Made by a program: the position numbers and the translations under genes
Shown: piece after piece, positions 10,301-16,532 of the stretch
Numbering within the stretch: position 1 is the stretch's first letter
Layout: every line of letters starts with the position of its first letter
Notes under the pieces: generated by a model
The model's database searches: none
Seen by the model: the letters and a program-made list of their open reading frames with translations, nothing else
What the model was told of the DNA's origin: nothing
Source of the DNA: a virus
Length of the DNA: 64,000 nt
IMG/VR virus record: IMGVR_UViG_3300025684_000014
Span: 32,001 to 96,000 of that record
Direction: 5' to 3' (one strand)

Positions 10301-10427
10301 CGAGGTTCGCCTCCACATTGAGGACCTCCTCAAGGGCGAGTACGTCGCTCCTGTTAGCAAGCCAACTGACAAAGAGAGCGCGGAGGCCTTCTTCGCCGTG
10401 CTTCGCCGTAAGGCTGGCCTCGCTTAA
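4326..10427 (+). CDS. Single-subunit two-barrel RNA polymerase, YonO / cellular RdRP-like, with an N-terminal membrane-containing extension
   Basis: ATG 4326 after AAGGAGA. Motifs in the expected order: DGVEGGLPISE, QPRL..VKG, GKNPILDH (6816), DLAGDDDGD (DxDGD at 7080-7094), VGYMANICT, QTSIDLQK. Confidence 0.8.
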   Translation: MSNLNKPRKTAFDRLSAEQQLNWQKISVACENDEGCTAPLARKSKKVVKVPRPKRRQAQRAAKRVERQNRLESTINNLSTTSEGPSALKALFEGLMVSVLVIGMVMGFFALTNDTNTQSIGFDNGGVYAVNSGSSVKNADITSRQGAVNAIDTIDLALDLAIKHAPSQSADLGALGLPPRRRNDFEGDAPLNPMKGDHLQKFWKNYLHERAIFESKQTYARRKRALIARLKRAQKQAAAAHAKKMNAHANILTGQLCYLSKRAQEHSDEDLLIQVNKAFELAQAAKSEEEIIDLVRALEREINGDLWRFDNTIYFQYECDARRSAGTSDQTGKKEKKTLRKAFVFAIKLIAAMIIFKLLQGFFPEDSFGLIFVAVVGGTDVPTDFVGDDLETVAEKLQPHSNLGQALASIERRMGHLPMSTMTLLPGGDGAPKVIFKTNGRDNIGLVPFAQAFGLEALGEDDVLLIEANGVQQDAINEACQAFVQKGYRPVGTRMLIKAFNDDGTRALGADYIEAIDVFLGKMVDVRSYFSLGSAPALKTFTLDDDIYTEREGEDEGRKVLWFTGKAKHIFADLDGVEGGLPISEKAMEAIFGSKNPGQPRLIVKLCDGVAAMVKGNFAPMAVRAFLQADGSWKFLTRAHFENTDEGKAEWRKGYDFVFIEDDTPKGRGKDQLKTEDIKLFDANGKISGWLIAQAKNEQGKSLVSYQVLALVAKSAGLDAIAAHMESLISNSVQKSVDQVERDLDKLDIPGATVSDLEKFKELLSAIAPGSARQTRKNHLGFGAEVFTGYIHMNVLIKKGTIVVGDGFGLNNRAMVKRRGKFGAEDACGGKNPILDHQQTWVGKLIRIGDVQKLRESLDNGKPLSDEEKAFAADLFGADKLDKVIWMTEQIKWVLSFAPALTRGSILMNAEDVADLAGDDDGDQLWFSFGDERILEVFRLIKDQAQGNTLYAIENNKGAQLPSETGARDFKDLLTAEGDELTALCRFIMAPNKGQGPVGYMANICTILMATFQKVDNGNGGMAYENDWVERLQATLNLMQQTSIDLQKRIYLTICLMRWTKGDLRKEKLDGRGLVPGYDFPGLAHDFNPNGFHPESFSSDEYKAALTQVEMPHVPSHWVSGESFPVCTDNDSQYAIRAIGSWLIWEVLSLIVTGKPADWGDVADDAKGGLDPWSVSSEFIGEDGPDFEAFAKKYALTDEQHAQVLNAWRKSPSELYSWKTQGKDEPFVQRAPAALELNHEIAMRLKESYKPSGEVKVHFREVEAEIKRLFSTDFAGQEWRARKFVDTLIDGFYLEAALANNNKATSERFQNSEERSGVEALGYILESLENSFTASTGATKADIKLARAFAAALNPRERRDNKAREIGVFVMLISWWTLEYANQEWIDLIQRNITPEEGDKTPKYKVAMAKYGVDEATAKKMVNAKHSKTIAPELLKFIKGLVNEHFSVNAEKMEAKATWLVDDALSAAVKAIENTEIVMAKRDVLKEVKEATIRWTDMRDSWDQRRVAVEILLAATGWFEASWFEAMKDELKMMASQTTKTVGQIRKELKNAAPDADVAALKTELKVASKASSAKKLLAMLADDSLGYVTILNALCNPKQNPLAREFVTTMLDNSGPIVNVERAWQRADDLGCDKSDVRDWTWELGDWVTHKGKGTDPNTGMPRQNKTVLYAHSRVEWSLTDTATARFTRILLEGGVSIYKLTKVPAQSFKTWRYFDAFVYEAERTPDYSLVHGVGHLVSLAIPTQKQADEERYRRMAHLGHLEWACQAWTDVDPTLSQADVRYHVEGLREEIDRVEALKDNALMVSWGHLLSPITWGMQIHSWAGKLTKKAINGRAWAALAQLGKRDPAYHDQPKVNNLGAEIVTTELKALNSNGNHMPFKRNFGPRNQSQALQRAKRMAGKNEGELDDTTDLVPFTFGDDENTQHTYAEWLDFIEGVAANGTGPASAMVLAGLWYGAHGGRIAALDPNGSIFSKEIAEKIQKRLLRCPAYEVRLHIEDLLKGEYVAPVSKPTDKESAEAFFAVLRRKAGLA

Positions 10428-10502
10428 TTAATAATCCTGGCGTGATGCACTATCCAAATATCTAGCCGTCTTTTTCGGTGAGATAAGTGTGTTGCGTCAG
10501 GG

Positions 10503-10566
10503 CGTGTCAGGTCGGAGCAATTCTGCCGAGATCTCTGATGAGTATGTCTCAGGACAACGAAACACG
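10503..10566 (+). ncRNA. Hammerhead ribozyme HH4 (type III)
   Basis: CGTG-TC (cut after 10508), stem I AGGTC/GATCT, CTGATGA (10535-10541), stem II GT..TGTC/GACA..AC, GAAA-CACG. Confidence 0.88.
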
Positions 10567-10604
10567 AATCAGCAGCTCAAAATACATTCATAAGGAGAAT
10601 AAAA

Positions 10605-11096
10605 TTGAGCGATTTCGATAAGCTCCTTGCCGCCCTCATGGCGGGGGGTTCGACTGTCAACGTGACCGTAATCAACGCGGTACACCCTGGCGGTGTAGTC
10701 AACATCAAGAACGGGTGCGTTGATGTTGAAAAGTCTAATGCACCCACCCCTAAGAAGGCTCAGGGGGAGAAGAAGAGCCAGGAGGAGCCACTCCACGATG
10801 ACCACACCTCTGCAGCTGAGGATGCTGTTGGTGGGGGTGACGAGGCTCCAATCGACACCACCCCCGCTGAGCGGAATCGCGGTGGTGGTACTCCAGAGGG
10901 GTCACCGCTCCTCGCTCAGGTGAAGGGCAAGCTCCTCGCCTTGAGTGAGGAATTGACGAACAGGGTTGTCAGCCATATCGATCGCATCAGCTCGCTGAGC
11001 AAGGACGATCTCGAGAAGATCGCTGCGATTGAGGACAGTGACCTCGACAACCTCGACGAGATCCTCGACAACCTCTTTCCTGACCTTGCTTCTTAA
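10605..11096 (+). CDS. Acidic low-complexity hypothetical protein
   Basis: TTG start after AAGGAG; codon usage like the polymerase gene. Confidence 0.65.
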   Translation: MSDFDKLLAALMAGGSTVNVTVINAVHPGGVVNIKNGCVDVEKSNAPTPKKAQGEKKSQEEPLHDDHTSAAEDAVGGGDEAPIDTTPAERNRGGGTPEGSPLLAQVKGKLLALSEELTNRVVSHIDRISSLSKDDLEKIAAIEDSDLDNLDEILDNLFPDLAS

Positions 11097-11251
11097 ACAA
11101 GGTTAACTTTAAACTCATCATACACTATCACTCCTAAATCATTATAATATGGTGATAACGACTCCGCCAAACTCCGCCAAGCGGAGCTTGGCACCCCTGT
11201 CGGGGTGAGGAAATGGAGGGCTCTGCCCCCCAAACCCCCCGTGTTGTAGGG

Positions 11252-11714
11252 GTGAGGTGATGTATGGTGAAAGGAAATCAGTATGTCTGACACAACTTTC
11301 GACCCAAAGTTGCTCTGTTTTATTTCCCCCTCGGGGGAGTTTCAAGCACTAGCTCCTCTGATCGCACTTGTGCGTGATGAGCAGCTCGTTTTCCAGGCAA
11401 ACCGGCCTCTTTTGGAGGGGTTCGGGTGCCAAAGCGATGAGCAGACCAAGCAGGGATTCGACTTTCTCAAGTCAATCTCTCTCTCGTCCACTTTTAATTC
11501 ATGGGCGAATGAGGAAGAGGGGTCCTCCGGGATTTCGTCTAAGTCACTGGTCGCGTCGGCAACGACGCCCGGTGCAATCCTGACCCTCGTGGGCCTTCTA
11601 AGGAGTCATCCTGACGCTTCGGCGTCAGGAACCTTGACCGTCAACTACGCCAACCCCGCGCGCCGCGCAGGGGTGGGGCGTCCCCGCTAACTAAACCCCC
11701 ATACATCACCTCAC
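11252..11714. repeat. Perfect 16-bp inverted repeat bracketing ORF 11283-11690
   Basis: GTGAGGTGATGTATGG (11252-11267) and CCATACATCACCTCAC (11699-11714). Confidence 0.9.
11283..11690 (+). CDS. Hypothetical protein enclosed by a 16-bp inverted repeat
   Basis: RBS AAGGAAA, 135 aa. Confidence 0.6.
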   Translation: MSDTTFDPKLLCFISPSGEFQALAPLIALVRDEQLVFQANRPLLEGFGCQSDEQTKQGFDFLKSISLSSTFNSWANEEEGSSGISSKSLVASATTPGAILTLVGLLRSHPDASASGTLTVNYANPARRAGVGRPR

Positions 11715-11829
11715 ACCGCTTAGCGCGTTCTTTTCCGTAAGGAGACGAGACGCTGAGTGGCACCTCTTTGAGTAGAGGGGCGTAGGATAAGCGTTAAAAG
11801 CGTAATCCTTGGTCGCCTAGACCTAAACT

Positions 11830-11900
11830 CGTCCCCCTAAAGCAGAGTAAAATCTGTGGATGGGGCTGATGTGGCTCTTTCGGGAGCCGAAACGCATCAG
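11830..11900 (+). ncRNA. Variant hammerhead-like element HH5 (type III, CUGAUGU core)
   Basis: CG-TC, stem I CCCC/GGGG, CTGATGT (A9U), stem II GGCTCT-TTCG-GGAGCC, GAAA-CG. Stem III is very short. Confidence 0.5.
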
Positions 11901-13270
11901 TAGTCACCGTTGATGACTTTAAACTCAACCCCTGTGAGTTAGGGCAAAATACTTGCTACCTTTAGGGGTAGCGCCTCAGTGTGTGTGGGTGAACCACCAT
12001 CGCACATAGAAGGAAGCAGTGTAGGTACTGTGACCTGATGAGGTAAAAACGGTTGGCAACCATGTTGCTGGGCACCTATGCCTCACACTAGCTATCCTAC
12101 AATAGCTAAGAGAAAAATAGGGAGGTTAAATCACCTCGGTCTTTTTTAAAGGTTGAAGAATGGGGTTAGCGATTATAGACATGATCGTGAAGCTCAATGC
12201 GCTATGAAGGGAACATAGTAGCGCGACTCGTTGTGAGTATAAAAACCGAAAGCGGAAATCCTAGGTATCCGTAAGTAGAAGAAGAATGTCTCAGGTTGTT
12301 GAAACTGACCTGGATTACTTTGGATTGATCCCCAAAGAATTAAATAGTCAGCGGCTAGCATAGTATGCCGCGATCTTGGATTGGAACCCCAAGATCAAGG
12401 AGTTGCTTGTAACTTCATCACTACCTTATAAGGGGCAATTCTGGAAGCTTTTCCAGAGCTGATAGATTGTCTTTTATAGGGTAGGCATCACAAGATCGAC
12501 ATTGTTGGGCACGGCAATGTTTAAAGATTAGCAACTATTAGTTGTTATAGTGTCCTGCCGTAGACCGATTACTGTAGAGTAATCATCATAGGCGGGGTAG
12601 GGACGGTATCTGTGGATACTATAACCCTTCAATTTTATGCCCCTTCAGACTGGCTACTTCTTCGTAGTTAGGGGACAGGCAATGCACTTTAGTGTAGCAG
12701 AGGCCAGTCAGCCGGTGATAGGTATGCCGGTGGTGATTTTGAGGTTAATCGTACTCAAACTCAAGAACCAAGACACCTGCGGGGACATAACTCCCTTTGA
12801 TCGTTGACCAGGCGATCAGCTATCTACGGATAGGCACATTGGGCGACTGCAGGCATGTAGTCTAGAAGTGAATGCTAAGTACATCCCTCACACACGAAAG
12901 AAGGTCGTCATGACTGGTATCGTGGAGTGTACATCAGGCTTCCGCGTCTTTTGGCGCGGTTGCCTGATCGGTGCGTTTGCCTCTTTTGAGGTGGCGCACC
13001 GTGAGCTCCTCTCTATCTCAGAGTAAAATCTGAGTAGGGAGTGAGCTTCTCCTGAGCATGACGTTAAAAGGCTCAACATGCTTTGGCTGACAGTATCGAC
13101 TGTTGACTCGAGCAAAATAGTGTCTCTTTTAGAGAGGAGATGCTATTTAGTCTTACGGCTCTTTATTTAAGGAGACGTTAAGGCAAGCCCTTTTATCAGG
13201 GTATAGGTTATAGGTGAGACACCGAGCCTAGTAGAATATATATTCTATGAAGTTACGTTTAGTAACAAAA
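11900..13270 (+). ncRNA. Large, highly structured non-coding RNA region (unidentified)
   Basis: No credible ORF; near-continuous hairpins; long-range stem TATCCGTA (~12266) / TACGGATA (~12825). Confidence 0.6.
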
Positions 13271-13274
13271 AAGT

Positions 13275-13467
13275 TCACCATGGCAGGGTAAGTAAAAGCC
13301 CGGTGAGGAAGGTAAGCTTCTTAATATGTCATTTATGGCCACCAAGGTTGGTGCCAGAGGGTTCTAGAGTCCACTACGTGCGAAGTTACAGCTAGTACGC
13401 AGTGAACTCATTCAAAGAGACTGTAATCTCTTTGCTCTGGTAGCCGGTTCAATCCCGGCATGGTTAT
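13275..13467 (+). ncRNA. tRNA-like RNA with expanded interior
   Basis: Acceptor-like ACCAT/ATGGT, D-like GGGT/GCCC, canonical T arm GCCGG-TTCAATC-CCGGC. Internal stem TGCCAGAG/CTCTGGTA holds a hairpin with loop CTGTAA. Confidence 0.5.
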
Positions 13468-13474
13468 TTAACGC

Positions 13475-13590
13475 ACCCCGTAGCTGGGGTCGAAACACAG
13501 TCTTTCTCGGATGTAGGAGAGAGTTAATAGGAGTCGCGTACCTATTGTTAAAACTGTGTCGGGCTAGCTTAGGCCCCTGAAGAGAACCAG
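13475..13590 (+). ncRNA. Hammerhead ribozyme HH6 (type II topology)
   Basis: C-GAAA (13492-13495), stem III CACAG/CTGTG, GTC (cut after 13560), stem I GGGC/GCCC, CTGAAGA-G (13577-13584). Confidence 0.88.
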
Positions 13591-13636
13591 ACATCCCGCC
13601 TTACTTCAGCCTCGTTGCATATAAAGGAGAAATACT

Positions 13637-14005
13637 ATGCAATTCCTTAACATCTCTAACCACCCCGTAGAGGGTTGGTCAGCGTCACAGCGCGAGGCGG
13701 CCCTCGCGCTCGCTCCTGAGGCTGACTTGCTCGATGTTGATTTTCCAACCCTCGACCCTCAGTGGTCGAGGGTAAAGGTCAAGGTGAAAGCGATCGAGTT
13801 TATAGACGATCTCGACCCTCGGCCTGGCGCGAGGGCAATGGTAGCGGGTGAGGAGCCTATAATGTGTTTCTACCTCGTGCGTGAACTCCAGGCACTCGGG
13901 GTGGCCTGCTACAGCGCGACCACTGAGCGCGTGGTCGAGGAGCGCGACGGTGTAAAAACCTCGCGCTTCTCATTTGTGCGCTTTCGTGAGTGGCCTGCTC
14001 TCTAA
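13637..14005 (+). CDS. Csx20-like CRISPR-associated protein homolog; candidate ring nuclease
   Basis: SNHPxxxWxxxQ, FPxxDP, GE, ATTER and KTSRFSFVRFREW match small type III CRISPR ancillary proteins; RBS AAGGAG. Confidence 0.7.
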   Translation: MQFLNISNHPVEGWSASQREAALALAPEADLLDVDFPTLDPQWSRVKVKVKAIEFIDDLDPRPGARAMVAGEEPIMCFYLVRELQALGVACYSATTERVVEERDGVKTSRFSFVRFREWPAL

Positions 14006-14044
14006 GAGTTAGGTCGCTCCGGGCAGAGTAAACTGCCATAAAAA

Positions 14045-14268
14045 ATCCAGGTAATGTTATTCACCTGCTCTTACAATAAGAGAAAAGAAATAACAAACTT
14101 CTTTGAGGAGACGAGACTCGAAGAGACCGCTAAGGTAATGTAGCGGTATATAAATAACGAGGCGTCACCCCCAATAAGTCTAATAGGCAGGGGGAACTAC
14201 ATCCACGCCTACATCGGAACAACATAAGAAGCTTAGGAATTTCTTATGCCGTGAGCATTATCTGGGAT
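14045..14268 (+). ncRNA. Structured ncRNA candidate (~225 nt)
   Basis: Ends pair (ATCCAGGTAATGTT / AGCATTATCTGGGAT) and enclose several hairpins; ends 6 nt before a tRNA-like gene. Confidence 0.5.
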
Positions 14269-14274
14269 GATTAG

Positions 14275-14439
14275 GCAGGGTTAGCTCAGTGATAGAGCGC
14301 TAGCAGCCAACCGTCTGTTGTAAAGAAAGTCAAGCCTAGGAAACTTGATAAGTAATTACAATGGGTTAAGGTAAACATACGAGCTTCCTATCGTATGGGC
14401 AACATGCTAGAAGCGTTGGTTTGATTCCAGCACCCTGCA
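14275..14439 (+). tRNA. tRNA-like RNA with a ~99-nt structured insert replacing the anticodon loop
   Basis: Acceptor GCAGGGT/ACCCTGC-A, D arm TAGCTCAGTGATAGAGC, anticodon stem CTAGCA/TGCTAG, T arm GTTGG-TTTGATT-CCAGC; insert 14306-14404. Confidence 0.75.
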
Positions 14440-14549
14440 GCAGCCAAGAATGTATGAAGCCTCCACGTGGCTCTTGGCGGAAATGGCAATCATTGAAGTG
14501 ATTGCGTCAGCTAATATCATACACAAACCATTAAAAAGGAGAAAAAGAC

Positions 14550-14678
14550 ATGTGTATCTGTTGTCATCAGTACACTGTCAGATGGTGGAAAATCCGCCGT
14601 CTGACAGCAAGCACTGTGCTTTACGGAGCACAGTGCGATACTTGTGGCGCTGACTGGGAAGAAACAGTCAAAGAGTAA
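14550..14678 (+). CDS. 42-aa zinc-finger microprotein
   Basis: Strong RBS AAGGAGA; MCICCHQ...CDTCGADW. Confidence 0.6.
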   Translation: MCICCHQYTVRWWKIRRLTASTVLYGAQCDTCGADWEETVKE

Positions 14679-14867
14679 TAGCGCCGCAACCCCTAGAGAA
14701 TCCAAAAAGCTTGATTCCAGAGCGTATGAATTGGGTACTCTAGGGGGTAAACACTTTTCTTACACCAAACTCAAATTTGAGAAAACCTCGATTCCAAAGC
14801 GTAAAGAGACATTTTAGTCAAAAGTCGCGGCGGAAGAAAAATTCTCAGGATTAAAAGGATCAAAAAA

Positions 14868-15152
14868 ATGAGAAAGCCTAAGAAAATAATAAGCTTTTGT
14901 GAGTATCACGAAAAGTTCAATTGTGAGGAGTGTGAGGGGCTCCTCTTTGCTACCTTCGAGGAGGTGGCGAAAAGGTACGGTGACTTTGATGTCACCTACC
15001 GTAATGGAGTATTGGAGGGGGTGTGGATTAAGAGCTGGAGCGAGTTTACTTGCTCCAGCTTTAAGAACCACTACAAAGGAGGGTGGGTCATTATAGAGCC
15101 CGGGGCATGGGCTTGGGAGGTTAGGAAAGTGCGCGTGGAGGCGCACGACTGA
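14868..15152 (+). CDS. Hypothetical protein (Cys/His motif)
   Basis: RBS AAGGA; CEYH...CEEC. Confidence 0.6.
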   Translation: MRKPKKIISFCEYHEKFNCEECEGLLFATFEEVAKRYGDFDVTYRNGVLEGVWIKSWSEFTCSSFKNHYKGGWVIIEPGAWAWEVRKVRVEAHD

Positions 15153-15463
15153 TGGGTGGCGCCATGTGCTTAGCAATCTCAGTCATCTCCCTCGTGTGGG
15201 GAGGGATGCACTTGGGATGGGGTGATTGGTATGTGGCGCCGTTTCTTCTTGTCTTTTTAACTCCTTCTCTTTACGAAGAGACACTGTTGAAAGGATACGA
15301 GGAGACGGCAAGGATACACGTAGACAACGCATGGTACATCTTCACGTATCGTGCAGTACTGTTTTGTATTCTATGTGTATTCTACATCCCATGGATCTTA
15401 GTAAGTGACATTGCAAAAGACTCATGGGAATATCTCGAGGAGACTTTTTCTCCTAATCTTTAA
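15152..15463 (+). CDS. Hypothetical membrane protein
   Basis: Start overlaps the previous stop; hydrophobic segments. Confidence 0.5.
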   Translation: MGGAMCLAISVISLVWGGMHLGWGDWYVAPFLLVFLTPSLYEETLLKGYEETARIHVDNAWYIFTYRAVLFCILCVFYIPWILVSDIAKDSWEYLEETFSPNL

Positions 15464-15535
15464 ACTTTTTTTAACTTTTTTTGTTTCAGACTTGAAACAT
15501 CAGCAAGTAATCTGTAAATAATAAGGAAAAATATA

Positions 15536-15961
15536 ATGAGTAACGAGACTACATCTTCAACCCTTTCTCAAACCCTTTCTTCAAACCCTTCTCAGACCCT
15601 TTCACACAAGACAGTTCAGCAAGCACATCAAGCTCTGTTTGACAGCCTTCCTGAGAGTCTTCGCAAGTACTTGCAGATTCATGCGTTTACTTCAAAGGTC
15701 TCTTGCATTAAGCTTCAGAAGGGAGCGTTCCGCAGTTTCATGGCGGAAGGCGGCCGTATTCTCAAGACAGATAACTTCGAGATTATTTGTCAAGATGCAG
15801 TTAATACGATCTTGAATCACGTTGTTTCACAAGATGCAACAATGCGTGTTGATGCACGACACCTTTACAACGATTACCTGGGTATTCACGTATACCTTGG
15901 TACTAACAACGTAGATGATCTCATTAAGTGGATCGCCGCTCAGAATGGTGGTAATCAATGA
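15536..15961 (+). CDS. Hypothetical protein
   Basis: RBS AAGGA; operon-like packing. Confidence 0.65.
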   Translation: MSNETTSSTLSQTLSSNPSQTLSHKTVQQAHQALFDSLPESLRKYLQIHAFTSKVSCIKLQKGAFRSFMAEGGRILKTDNFEIICQDAVNTILNHVVSQDATMRVDARHLYNDYLGIHVYLGTNNVDDLIKWIAAQNGGNQ

Positions 15962-16287
15962 GTAGCGAATCTTTAAGAGAGAATGTTTACAAGACAGCAC
16001 TTAGAGACTTACAAGATCTACCTTCTTGGGGTAGAATCGTACTGGCTTTTCTAGTGTTGTTTGTTATTGTGAAATGGACGCCTATTTTTGATTTGTTATA
16101 CCTGGCGTTCATGATTGTTTTAGTACCAACAGCATTTCTTATTTGTTTAGCATTATTTTCTATGGATACTTTTAATATGTTTCTCAGTACAGTTAATATG
16201 ATTGCTGAGAGTATTAAGCAAGGTATCAGGGAGAATAATCAGGATGCGCCGGCTGATCAGCAAGTTGATCAAGAGGAGCAGGCTTAA
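15958..16287 (+). CDS. Hypothetical membrane protein
   Basis: Two TM segments; ATGA overlap. Confidence 0.65.
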   Translation: MSSESLRENVYKTALRDLQDLPSWGRIVLAFLVLFVIVKWTPIFDLLYLAFMIVLVPTAFLICLALFSMDTFNMFLSTVNMIAESIKQGIRENNQDAPADQQVDQEEQA

Positions 16288-16289
16288 TC

Positions 16290-16532
16290 TTGAATTATTT
16301 ATTATGCGGCTTCATCATTAGTATTATTATTGTCGCTTATATGGATTATCTGATTAGAGGTATTCTAGGAAAAGATAATAAATATGGCGCGGGGTATTAC
16401 GTACCTCACTTAACTGTAATCACATTAGTAACTTTTTGTTGGCCTCTTGTATTGTTCAAGATGGCCTTTCTTGACGGTTCAGTACAAAAGCTAGCCTCTC
16501 AAATGGCTAAAAACATAAAGGAATTCGCATAA
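16290..16532 (+). CDS. Hypothetical membrane protein
   Basis: Two TM segments; tight packing. Confidence 0.55.
   Translation: MNYLLCGFIISIIIVAYMDYLIRGILGKDNKYGAGYYVPHLTVITLVTFCWPLVLFKMAFLDGSVQKLASQMAKNIKEFA

Noticed and set aside
11155-11245. Twister-like ribozyme or REP element (tandem ACTCCGCCAA; GGGCTCTGCCCCCCAAACCCCCC)
   Set aside because: I could not build the twister pseudoknots, and the REP-like motif occurs only once in the window.
11975-12043. CTGATGAGG as another hammerhead, or GAAGGAAGCAG as SRP RNA
   Set aside because: No correctly placed GAAA, stem III or cleavage triplet; the matching 5' CAGG side of the SRP helix is missing.
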